Origin: Mobula hypostoma
Taxonomy: Eukaryota
Length of the DNA: 64,000 nucleotides
Assembly (NCBI RefSeq): GCF_963921235.1
Contig: NC_086097.1
Location: forward strand, 69,070,001-69,134,000
Direction: 5' to 3'
In this document: one piece after another, positions 12,561-24,008 of the stretch
Layout: each line of letters opens with the position of its first letter
How positions within the stretch are numbered: the first letter of the stretch is position 1
The notes under the pieces: generated by a model
Databases searched by the model: none
Told to the model about the DNA's origin: nothing
The model's input: the letters and a program-made list of their open reading frames with translations, nothing else
Position numbers and translations under genes: made by a program

Positions 12561-14289
12561 AGAGGAGAACACAATCAGGTGGAAGTAGCAGGGGTTTCAA
12601 TAGGCACAATCAGGGTCCAGTCAAGGTGAGGTTCTGGAGAAGCCATCAGGCAGGAGTCTGATGGTATGTTAACCATTGGGAAGCAAATGGTGTGAAAAGC
12701 AGAGAGCAGTGTAGGTGACTACAACAAGATTTCCTAGGTTCTGTTACTGGATTGTAGGTTTGGTAGAAGATGGAGGCTCATTCAACCAGGAGAAGGAGAG
12801 AGACTCCTCAGCCTCAGTGGGAAAAGACCAAGTAAGGCTTTCAGTAACATAGAAACTGGTTTCAACTAGCTGCCTTTCTCTCTACACCTCATATGGCATC
12901 CCTCCACATCTATATTGGGAAACTTCAGGTACCAAGTTAAATTTCTTTAGACAGAACCATAAATATAAGACTACATTAAAAAATTTCTAGGCATCAGCAC
13001 CCAAATTTTCTCATTGTCCTTGGACTGGATATCATTTTCCTGCCACTTTCAGAGGCTGTGTCCTTTCAGGATTTAAACTGCAGCAGGCTTTCCCCAGATC
13101 TTGTAAATGACACAGAAATCCAAAGGTCCCTGTACAAGCCAGAACATAAAAATATGGTCAGCAATGCAAGTTGTGAAGGCTGAGGGGTCAAGGTAAGTCA
13201 AGGGAAATGGAAATACAGTGGAAAATTGGAATTCAAGTAGAAAATCAACCAGGTCCTGATTACTAGGCAGGCTAGGGTTGAGAAGTCTGCTCCTGCTCAT
13301 TAATTTTTTATATGTGAAGATGCACATCTAACAGCAGCACCAAACAGCTCAGATTCATTTTACAGCCAACAGATAGCAAATTGAACTCCCAGAGTTCCTC
13401 AGCCTTTGGCACAGTTCATTCTGGCCTGTCAACAGGCAAACTTGTCCACTGGTTAAGCTATGCAAATCAATTGCTAAATAACCATTGCACATATTTCACC
13501 AGATATCATGTGGCCTTCACTGAGATGCTTGGTGTTTCAATAAAGGTCAATAGGTAGGCAAGAGAAATGTCTAGAAGGCAGTGGAACTATGCCAGGAGAC
13601 AAACCATGAGATCTTGGAAGCATGACATCAGATTCAAGGACTTTACAAGTATGATCAAAGGCAGTAAACAGAGCTTCAAATGATATTACCCACCAAATGC
13701 AGCAGTGCATTCAGACACAACTCAATGGACTTTACGCCCTGATAATAATATTATCAGTTAGGGCTCATCCCCAATATATATTGACTCATTCCATGTTTTC
13801 ATAACAAAGGCCACTGAACTGAAACGTTGACTCTTACTTCTCTTCCCAACCATGATGCATACCCTACTGAGTGTTTCTGGCACTTTATATTTTTACAGAA
13901 TTCCAGTATCTGCAGTTTTTTGTTAAAATTACACTATGAGTCCCTATTGGACGAACAAGTAGTTATCAAAATACCATTTTTAGTTCTTTTTTCTATGTGC
14001 TACATCTGACAATTGTTAAATTACAGTACATCTTATGTTATTTTCTGCCTTTGTTTGGTCCACTGAATTTTTGTTTCTGAGTTATTTTATGCAAAACCTT
14101 GGTCATCTAATTTTGACATTACTTGCCCAATTTGAGAACTTGAATCATATTTTACCATCCAATCAATCTATTAACAAGAGCATTTTTTACTGATCCCTAG
14201 AGATGCAAACTCAAATAATGCCCACTTCACAGCCCACGTGGAACAAGGAGAAAATATGGCCTGTACATTTTAGGTGAGGTAACATTTAG

Positions 14290-15040
14290 AATGATCGATT
14301 TGTTACAGCACATAACAGGGCCATTTGGTCTACTGAGTCTACGCTTTCTCCTAGTAATCTGACCATTCTCAATCCTACACTATTTCCACATAATCCTTCA
14401 TTCCCCTCGTGTCTAGCCCACTCCATTTTGAATGTCCAGACACATTCAATTTTGTCCACAAGTTAAAAGCTGAGCCCCCAGTCCTTGAAATAAAGGAAAA
14501 GTTTCCTTTACTGCTATGTCTATGTCATGATCATATATACCACCATCAAATCTCCTCTCACCTTTCCTTGCTCCAAGGGGAACAAAACCAGATTCCCTAG
14601 TCTTGTCCAATGAATGTCTTCAACTGAGAATATTAATTTTTATTTCTCTTTCCAAAGATGCTGCCTGACTTGCTCAGCATTTCTAATATCTGCTATTTTT
14701 TCCATCTTAAGTTCAAACTTGATGTTGAAACCCCTCATTATTGGAACTATTCAAGAATATTCACATCCTTGTAAGCAAGCATTCATACTCTATTTCCCTC
14801 TATTTGCCTTACTAATTCCTCTCTCAAAATGCTCTGTTTATTTTCCAGGATTTGTGCACATATTTATCTGCCTCCTCAAATCCATTCTAACTGTGAAATT
14901 TAATCTTTGCTGCCTTCCCTTATTCTTTTTGTCAAAATGTATCGCTTCACAATTTGGTGCATTAAATTTCATCTGTCACTTATCCATCCATTCAACCAGT
15001 GTACCTGTATCTTCTTACAATCTGCTGCTATCCTCGCTGT
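14290..15040 (-). mobile_element. Old CR1 fragments with a small Penelope-pLTR piece (~14610-14700)
   Basis: Degenerate similarity to the 3' regions of the younger CR1 copies in this window. Confidence 0.45.
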
Positions 15041-15234
15041 TTACTACACAAAGGCAAAACAGGAAAAGTGATCTAACAAGAAAAGTTAAAAATAGGACAA
15101 CATGTAAGGAGAAGCCTAATAGCTACCAGTAGAAAAAAAAACTAAGCCTGAAGTTTGGGAGCATTTTAGATTTATTTAAAGGAATGACCAAGAAACTGTT
15201 AAAGGGAATGTGTAAATGAATTATCAAGAACATT

Positions 15235-15449
15235 GCTGGTGGACATGGGGGGGGTGGGTTTGTTGCCTTGCTGTTGCTTGTGCGTAGGAGGGGGAGTTGG
15301 GGGACACTTTGGGGTTCTGAAGTTTTTACTGTCATTCATTCTTTGGGGCACTCCTCGGTTTTCGTGGATGTCTGTAAAGAAAAAGAATTTCAGGATGTAT
15401 ATTGTATACATTCCTCTGACATTAAATGCACCTATTGAAACCTATTGAA
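15235..15449 (+). mobile_element. LINE/SINE 3' end with tandem tail
   Basis: Ends ATTAAA..(CCTATTGAAA)x2; its terminal region resembles the Rex1-type tails elsewhere in the window. Confidence 0.5.
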
Positions 15450-16095
15450 AACAGACTAAGAGCTTCTATCTGTAAATAGGAGAAGACAATGGAGGGTAAA
15501 TATGTATTACGGGCAGTCATGGGAAAACTTATATTGGGGAAAACTTAAACAACAGAAGAATTAAAGATGTATTTTGTGTCCACTTCCGTGGAAGACACAT
15601 AAAATCTCTGAGAAATGCTGGAGATCCAAGCGACCAGTACAAATATTGAAAATAAATTAGCATTAGTCAGAAGGAAGCCAGAGATTAATGTAAAGCAACT
15701 ATATGCCACAGTCTTCACATGATTTTTAAGTCATCTTCCTATATATGTTGCTGAACATCTTGAAATATATAATGTTTAGCAACATATATAGGTTCAGATT
15801 AGGTGGGACTACAACCAGAGGTCATGGGCTAAGGGTGAAAGGTGAAAAGAAAAGTTTAAGGGGAACAATAGGAAACTTCTTCACTCAGAGGGTCATGAGA
15901 GTGTGGAACGAGCTGCCAGTGTGTGGTGCATGCAAGCTCAATTTCAACATTTAAGAGATGTTTGGGTAGGTACATGGATTATAAGAGTATGGAGGGCAAT
16001 GGTCCCAGGGCGGGTCGATGGGAGAAGGCAATTTAAATAGTTCAGCATGGACGAGATGAGCCGAAGAGCCTGTTTCTGTGCTGTACCTTTCTATG
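15450..16095 (+). mobile_element. Decayed CR1 fragments including a 3' end
   Basis: TRGHGLRVKG..FFTQRVMRVWNELP motif and CR1-type 3' UTR. Confidence 0.75.
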
Positions 16096-16233
16096 ACGCT
16101 ACAACTCTATGGACTGCAATTATGTTTAAGAAAATATTGCAGACACTTGGAATTTGAAATTAAGACAAATATGTTGGAAACACACAGTAGGCATGGCAGC
16201 TTCTGGAGGAATAGTCAGAAGAGTCCTCAACTT

Positions 16234-16503
16234 TCTTTTTAATTCCTTTTATTAAATTAGTACACAAAGAGTAAAACATATAGCAACCAATACATTGTTA
16301 GGATATAAATATAAAAGTAATATTAATACAAAAAACAATAGAAACAATGTATGTTAGTTATAGAATGACAAGGTAATATAATTGTATACTAGTATTTCAT
16401 ATATACCTAATAGAATGAAAAAAAAACATTTAAAAAAACCTACCGTGCAACTAACCTAACAAAGCAAAGCTATGGGCTAACTAGGTATATTGTAGACTTT
16501 ATT
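16234..16503 (-). mobile_element. L1-like 3' end insertion
   Basis: Minus-strand AATAAA and A-rich tail; exact 16-bp TSD GAAGAGTCCTCAACTT (16218-16233, 16504-16519). Confidence 0.7.
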
Positions 16504-16681
16504 GAAGAGTCCTCAACTTGAAGCTTTATCTATTTTGCTTTCTACATATCTCCTTCCTATGTTTATGTAGTATCTTTGTCATAATAAAAATATCACAAGG
16601 CTTTATACGACAGCATATGCAGATAAAAATTAACACTGAGCTAATATAGTGTAATCAGAGATGGAGCTTAGAGGGAATCTT

Positions 16682-16834
16682 CTTCTTCTTGTTTTACGGT
16701 GGTTGGCACCCAACTTAATGGTGCGTTACAGCCACCTTCTGCTCCAGAGTGTGCAATAGACCTACATTCCAAATTCCTTCACCCAATCATACACACACAC
16801 ATAACCTACATTTTATTCTCCCATCTTTGGCCAT
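16682..16834 (-). mobile_element. I/Nimb-clade-like LINE 3' end
   Basis: Minus strand GAAGGTGGCTGTAACGCACC..GGGTGCCAACCACCGTAAAAC(AAG)n tail; 15-bp TSD CTTAGAGGGA(A/G)TCTT (16667-16681, 16835-16849). Confidence 0.6.
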
Positions 16835-17349
16835 CTTAGAGGGAGTCTTAAAGGAAAAGAGAATAAGTTTGCTGGGCAGAGAGATGTATTAGGAGGACTT
16901 CAGAGCTAAGGAAAAGATATCAGAAGTAAAAAGACATGGATGCTGCACGAAACTAGGTTAATGCCCCTTATTTTGATTCCAATAGAATTTTTAATTTCTC
17001 CCACTCACATCAAGTCGGTCCAATAATAAAACTGTTAGTAACATTTGAGGAATTCATTCCACAGTATCATCAGATTAAATTTCTCTGTACAGCTAGCAAG
17101 AATATAATAAGATTAGATTTAATAACTTTTCAGTGATTTCACAAACAATAAAAAGCCTTGATAACATAGTTCTTGAAAAAATCATGACAATGCTTAGTGC
17201 TTTAAAAATAAGTATTTTAGATGTAATGATTTAGTGTTTTTGTAAAATGATACAAATTTGATGTGATGGCCATTGAAATGATGTGCAGTTCATCTGCCTC
17301 TTCTTTGTTAAATTTGACGCTGAGAATTGAATCAATTCATGGACCATTC

Positions 17350-19262
17350 AGAAGACCATGAGAACATATGACATACAAGCAGAATTAGGCCATCTGCTCC
17401 ACCATTACTTTGTGGCTGATACATTAACCCTCTCAACCCTTTGATGCCCTTAATAATCAACAACCTATTAACCTCCACTTTAAATACATCCGATGTCTTG
17501 GCCTCCATGTCCATCTGTGGCAATGAATTCCACAGATTCACCACCCTCTGGCTATAGAGCCAATAAATGCTCCTCATACATTAAACCTTTCATTCCTGGA
17601 ATCATTCTTGAGAAACTCCTCTGGACACTCTCCAATGCCAGCACATCATTTCTTAGATAAGAGGCCCAAAATTGATCACAGTAATCCAAGTGTGATCTAA
17701 CCAATGTCTTATAAAGCCTCAGCATTACATCCTTGTTTCTATATTCTAATCCTCTTGAAATGAATGCTAATATTGCATTTGCCTTCCTCACCACCGACTC
17801 AACCTGCGAGTTAACATTTAGGGAATCCTGCACAAGGAACCCCAACTCCTTTTTCACATCTGATTTCTGAATTTGCTCTCCATTTAGAAAATAGTCTATG
17901 CCTTTATTCCTTCAACCAAAGTGTATACACACCCCTGCACTGTATTCCATCTGCTGTTTCTTTACACATTCTTCAAATCTGTCTCAGTCGTTCTGCTGAC
18001 TCACTGCTTTCTCAACACCACCTGCCCTGCCACCTATCTTTGTATTGTCTGTAGACTTAATCACAAAGCCAGCAATTTTGTGCGTCCCAACTTTTGCTAT
18101 ATTGTATGCCCTCTCTTTTGGTTTTATGCTCTCTTTAACTTCCCTTGTTACCCATGCTTGTGTAATGCCCAGGTTAAGATTTCTGCTGCTATGGTGTAGA
18201 TATTCCATTTTAGCAGTTTTCTGCAAAAGCAGTGTGTCCTGCTGGTAGAATGTTTAGGCTTTGACTAGAGATAAGAGGCCATGCTGCTCAACCTAGCAAT
18301 GTTGTGTTAGCCAATCAGGATGGCGGAATTGGGAGAAAGTTCTAGAGAGAACGGGGCAGAGGGAGATTTGTGGCAGACAGTAGTCTGGTTCAGGGTCTTT
18401 TTGGCAGGAGCTACAGAGAGGACAGGAGGGAAGATGACTGAGAATGCTGTGGGAAGGAGCGTCCCCATTGCACAAAAGTACTTTGTGCAGATGATTGGCT
18501 CCAAGGAGGAAGGGCCAATACTCCAGAGATACAGCCCATTTGTTCAAGATGGATCTTGAGTGCAGTTCAGAGTGTGTGTGTGCTTTCACGCAGACTGTGG
18601 GTCCAGCAGGTGAGTAAAAGACAACTCCAGCATGAGCTCCAACTTTATATGCACATTGGACTCGACTATGCCCATTTTTCTTTTCTTTTTCCTAACTGTT
18701 CAATAAAGCTGAAATTTGTAAATATACTTTCTTTATGATTTTGTATTGTTACGATCTGTTATTGCTTGCTGACCAACAGCTGTGTATGGGCAATATTTAC
18801 ACAGCATTTGCTCCAGTTGAGGTTTCTTTAATCAGAACATCATGACATTCCCACCTGGTTGAACCCCAAATCAAACTGACCCTAGATGTATATTGTTTGT
18901 ACTTCTCACTGCCGAGTCGCATGGCTGTTTAGCAGAACCAGCTAATGATCAAGTTTGCATATGAGCCCGGTGAGGGGGCTACACTTGCTTCATCCTCCTA
19001 TCAGAAATACTTCTTCTTTTGAGATGAATCTATCCTGCGTCTTTCAATTGCTCCCAGAAACTCCAGCCATTGCTGCTCTGCCATCATCCCTGCAAGTGTC
19101 CCCTTCCAATCACCTTTGACCATTTCCTTTCTCATGCCTCTGTAGTTCCTTTACTCCACTGTAATAGTGGCACATCCAACTTTAGCTTCTTCCTCTCAAA
19201 CTGCAGGGTGAATTCTATCATATTATGATCACTGCCTCTTAAGGGTTCCTTTACCTTAAGCT
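17350..19262 (-). mobile_element. Internally deleted CR1, interrupted by a solo LTR
   Basis: ORF pieces 17332-17577, 17552-17857 and 17984-18226 match CR1 ORF2; CR1 sequence continues at 18988-19262. Confidence 0.85.
18161..18983 (+). mobile_element. Solo LTR
   Basis: TGTAAT...GGCTACA termini, exact 4-bp TSD CTTG (18157-18160, 18984-18987), internal CCAAT and AATAAA. Confidence 0.85.
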
Positions 19263-19564
19263 TGCATGATATTCATAAATTCTGGAACTCATCTATACAC
19301 ATGCCACTTTGATAAGAACACTTGCAGTTTTCAATGTTGCCATTTAAATGCTATGTGCTTTCAAACAAATATTCAGTATTATTGTTTATTGTTTACCCAA
19401 CAGTTTATTGTTGGTAAAGATAAACTACTTGCTCTCAGGTTTGAGGCATTATCATAAGCAGTATCACCATTCTTATCATTGCATTCTTTCAACCTAAGAT
19501 CACTGAACAAGCTTTGTAGGTTTTTTGCTATTTTCTGAACAACCCAACAAACTATCAAAGCTTC

Positions 19565-20835
19565 TAGAGTTCAAAGTAAGTGTATTATCAATGTGTTTAA
19601 ATGTCACCATAAACAACCCTGAGATTCATTTTCTTGTGGGCATACTCAATAAATCCAATAACCACAATCGAATCAGTGAAAGAACGCACCAACTGGGTGA
19701 AAAACCAGTGTGCAAAAGACAACAAACTGCAAATACAAAAAGAAAAAAGAAATAATAATAATAATAACAAACAAACAATAAATATCAAGAATGTGAGATG
19801 ATGAGTCCTTGAAAGTGAGTCCATAGGTTGAAGAAACATTTCAATGATAGGGCAAGTGAAATTGCATGAAACTAATCCCCTTGTCTCAAGAGCCTGATGG
19901 TTGAGGGGTAATAGCTGTTCCTGAACCTTGTGGTGTGGGTCCTGAGGCTTCTGTACCTTCTTCCTGTTGGCAGCATCAAGAAGTGAGCATGACCTGGGTG
20001 GTGGGGGTCTCTGATGATGGATGCTGCTTTCCTGTGACAACGCTCCCTGTAGATGTGTTCAGCAGTGGGGAGGGCTTAACTTGTGATGGACTGGGCCATA
20101 TTCACTATTTTTTGTAGGATTTTCTATTCAAGGGCATTGGTGTTCCCATACCAGGCTGTGATGCAGCCAGTCAATATACTCTGCACCACACATCTACAGA
20201 ACTTTGTCAAAGTTTTAGATGTCATGCTGAGTCTTTGCAAACTTCTAAGGAAGTAGAGGTGCTGCTGTGCTTTTTTTGTAATTACACTTGCGTGCTGGGC
20301 CCAAGACACATCCTCTGTAATGATAACACTGAAGAATTTAAAATTGCTTCTCCTCTGAGGACTGGCTCATGGACCTTTGGTTTCCTTCTCCTGAAGTCAA
20401 TAATCAACACCTTGGTCTCACTGACATTAAATAAGAGGCTGTTCTTGTGGCAACATTCAGCCAGACTTTCAATCTCCTCTATGTTAATACATCACCGCCT
20501 TTGATTCAGCATACAACAAGGGTGTCATCAGCAAACTTGAACATGGCATTGGAGTTGTGCTTAGCCACACAGTCATAAGTATAAAGTGAGTAGGACAGGG
20601 GGCTGAGCACCCAGCCTTGAGGTGCTTCTGTGCTGATGGAGATTGTGGAGGAGATGTTTTTGCCAATCCGAACTGACTGGGGTCTACAAGTGAGGAAATC
20701 CAGGATCCATTTGAACAAGGAGGTATTGAGGCCAAGGTCTTGAAGCTTATTGATTACTTTTGAGGGGATGATGGTATTGATTGCTGAGCTGTAGTCGATA
20801 AAGAGCATCCTGGTGTATGCATCTTTTCTGTCCAG
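19565..20835 (-). mobile_element. Rex1/Babar LINE, 5'-truncated, decayed RT
   Basis: [85 protein letters not shown]. Confidence 0.9.
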
Positions 20836-23399
20836 CTTTGCTATTCCTTAGGGGCATTTTCATCTTATCTTTCACTTCCTTTTTTAATTTAAAAAAATGA
20901 GGTGTATAAAAAACAATATTGGTAAACAAATGCTCACACATATACAAAGTAAAAATATGTCCTATAGTTTAGATTTAATAGCTAAATTAATAAAGTTAAG
21001 AAAAAACAGTTTCAGCTTTCCAGCTTCCTAATGACCTACTGGAGACAGATTGGCTCTGGGGTTGAATCATCCACATCAGGGACCATCCACCAACACAAGG
21101 GCTGGTCAATTCTGCTGGGTTAGTTTACAGTGAAACTCCTCAGATTCACCTGCAACACTGTTCCGAAGTGCCCTGCACTGCAGATAGCCAGAAAGGGGAT
21201 TAGGGGTGAGGAATGGGTTGGCGTACACAAAAATGTATAGCTTGGGGGGGGGGGGGGTCTAGATGAACACACTGAGTCTGTATTCTTCTGTACTCTCTCA
21301 TCACTCCGATATTGTTTCTCCTGTCCCTTCCACCCCAACATTCCCAAGTACCACATTCACCTGTTAGACCTGCACCAGGTACAGAGTGCTTCATTTGCTG
21401 AGGAGTAGCAAATGGGACTGAATATTGTGTAAACATCAGTGAAGGTCATTAATGGGAGGAAGATCATTAATGAAGCAGAGGTCATTGCCCTGAGGAACAA
21501 CTACCACCTTCCTCCTTTGTGAGATGTCCATCTCCATCTTTATTCCATATTTCTCCATCTATATTCTCCTTGATACCTATTGACTTCAGTTTTACCAGGA
21601 TTTCTTGATGCCACACAGAGATGAATGGCACCTTGAAGTCAAGAGCAAACCTCACCTCCAGAATTTATTTCTTTGATGCATATCTAGACTAAGGTCGTTA
21701 TGCCAAGTGGAGTTCAGAGGTCGTAACAAAATCAAACTGAACAGGTTATTGGTGAGTAAGTACTTCACCACAGGACTATCAACAACACTTCACTGTTGAT
21801 TAATAGCAGACTGATGTTTCAGTAAAAAACTGGTTCAAACTTGTCCTCTCTTGTGTGAATGGTTCATATACAGCACATTTTCCAACTTTTCAGGTAGATA
21901 CCAGTGCTGTAATTGCTCTATAGTAGCTTTGCCTGAGTCAGGTCCAGTTCTGGAATAAAGTTCTTCACTTCAGGTTGTTGTCTGATCCCTGGCCTTCGCT
22001 GCATGCATTGCTCGATATCATGTGAAATAAATACAAATGGTTAATGACTACCTTCTGTGATGGCAGGGGTCTCAGAACGAAGGAAAGATGGATCATCCAT
22101 TTGACATTTCTGGTTCAATATCAAAATGTTGACATTGAATATAATCTAACAGTTATTAATACAATAACTGGCCGGTGGTATCATTATTTTTAATGACAAG
22201 AATGCCTGATTCTGAACATAAAAAATTGTAAATAAAAGCATAATTTAAAGTTACATTTCTATTAGTTTTGATAGCTAATTTGCTAATTTTATTCAATAAA
22301 CTGATCTTCTGTACCTCTGACATTGTGTTCTGCCTCACTTCAGAAACCTACTGCGCAACTGAAATCTCTCCAAGCATCCACACCACAACTTTTGGGTTCA
22401 TTATTACAATAGGTTAATACCTCATCTAGAATACTTTAACACTGTATTCATTTACCAAATCCCCACTGTAAATATCTGCCACGGTTCATCTGTAAGCACT
22501 ATCACCTGAATCAGACAGTTTTGCTTCAATTTAGAGATGTGAACTTTCTCCACTGCAGAGGTGAAGGTGTGCTACCATCAGCAGTGGGGACTTCCAGATG
22601 GTATAAAACTAAACTTCGTCTCACATTAGCCTATCATATAAGATGCTGCAAAAATCTTTCAAAGATCAGGGGGATTATCTTGAGTGCCTTGGCTATCATT
22701 TATTCCCCGTATCTCATTAAACCTGATTGTTTAATCTTCATTACATTGCAATTTATAGAATCTAAGTTTGTATTAATTGGCTGTTACATTCCCAGCATTA
22801 GCAAACAATGATTTTGTTGGAAAACTAAATGAGTTCTCTGACTACAAAGCACTTTGTGACAGTGGAATTTACATAGCCATCTTCCAGTAATTGCACAGGT
22901 CCTGCAGTCATCACTTTACTTTTGCTAAGGCACATTAAGGCTAAAGAAAATAAGAGCAGGAGTAGACCTGTTTGTGCCAGAAATTCCAGTAATGTTGTAT
23001 CTTAGGGTTCAATCGATTAACTGATACAGCCTGCTTCATGTGACCTCACCATATCTCACATCTTTTTAGCTTAGTCATGCCAGTGTAGTCGTGTAATTAG
23101 TCAGGTTTCCAAATCCCACTATTGCTCGTTCAGGACGGAAAGGTGGATGTAAAGTCCATTGCTTTCCCCACTGGTAACTGTTTGTCAGGAATATACAAAT
23201 GTAGGCTGTATTTCCTAGAACTTAGAAGACGTAAGCACTTGCTTGATCAAAGTTTTTAAAATACTGTGAACATAAGAAACTGAGTCGTGAATAATCCAAT
23301 CCACAAACTCACAATTAATCTGTACAAAAACAAATTTCTACATATCAAAATATGAAAGATTTCATTGACAGCTCACAAGGAGCCATTCTTAAAAAGCGA

Positions 23400-23640
23400 A
23401 AAAAAGAGATTGCTGGAAATCTGAAATAAAAATAGAAAATGTTGAAGACACTCAGAAGCTCAGGCAGCATCTATGGAGGGAAAGAGTTGATGTTTCAAGT
23501 CAAAGATCTTTCATCAGAACATTTAACCCTTCTAATGAAGGTCTTCAACCTGAAATATTGGCCATTGTTCTCTTTCTACCAGATATGGGGAAAAAAAAGG
23601 CTTGATCTGCTGGGTATTTCCAAAATTTTCTGGTTTTTAT
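23400..23640. mobile_element. Old inverted pair of Penelope pLTR/hammerhead units
   Basis: GTTGATGTTTCAAGTCAAAGATCTTTCATCAGAA, a 10-nt spacer, then TTCTAATGAAGGTCTTCAACCTGAAATATTGG, with both downstream tails present. Confidence 0.6.
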
Positions 23641-23704
23641 CCTTAAAAACTGATTCTATTAAAACCAGCAAAGAGGATAATACTAAAACCAGCAAAGAGA
23701 ATAA

Positions 23705-24008
23705 TACTAAGGCATCCATTAGTCTTGCGAGACCATGGATCTGCCCCTGGAAAGTCTTCACTCTCCAGGGCACAGGCCTGGGCAAGGTTGTATGGAAGAC
23801 CGGCAGTTGCCCATGCTGTAAGTCTCCCCTCTCCATGACACCGATGTTGTCCAAGGGAAGGACGAGGGCCGGTACAGCTTGGCCAGTGTCATCTCAGAGC
23901 ACTGTGTGGTTAAGTGTCTTGCTCAAGGACACAACACGTTACCTCTGTTGGGGCTCGAACTCACGATTTTCAGGTCGCTAGTTGATTGCCTTAACCACTT
24001 GGCCACGT
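23705..24008 (-). mobile_element. tRNA-derived CORE-type SINE
   Basis: A box TGGCCAAGTGG, B box GAGTTCGAGCC, CORE-like GTGTCCTTGAGCAAGACACTTAACC; 13-bp TSD GCAAAGAGAATAA (23692-23704, 24009-24021). Confidence 0.75.

Noticed and set aside
21330..22120. Very old LINE RT remnants (also ~24640-26320 and 39050-39560)
   Set aside because: Probably real repeats, but too decayed to assign a family or boundaries by eye.
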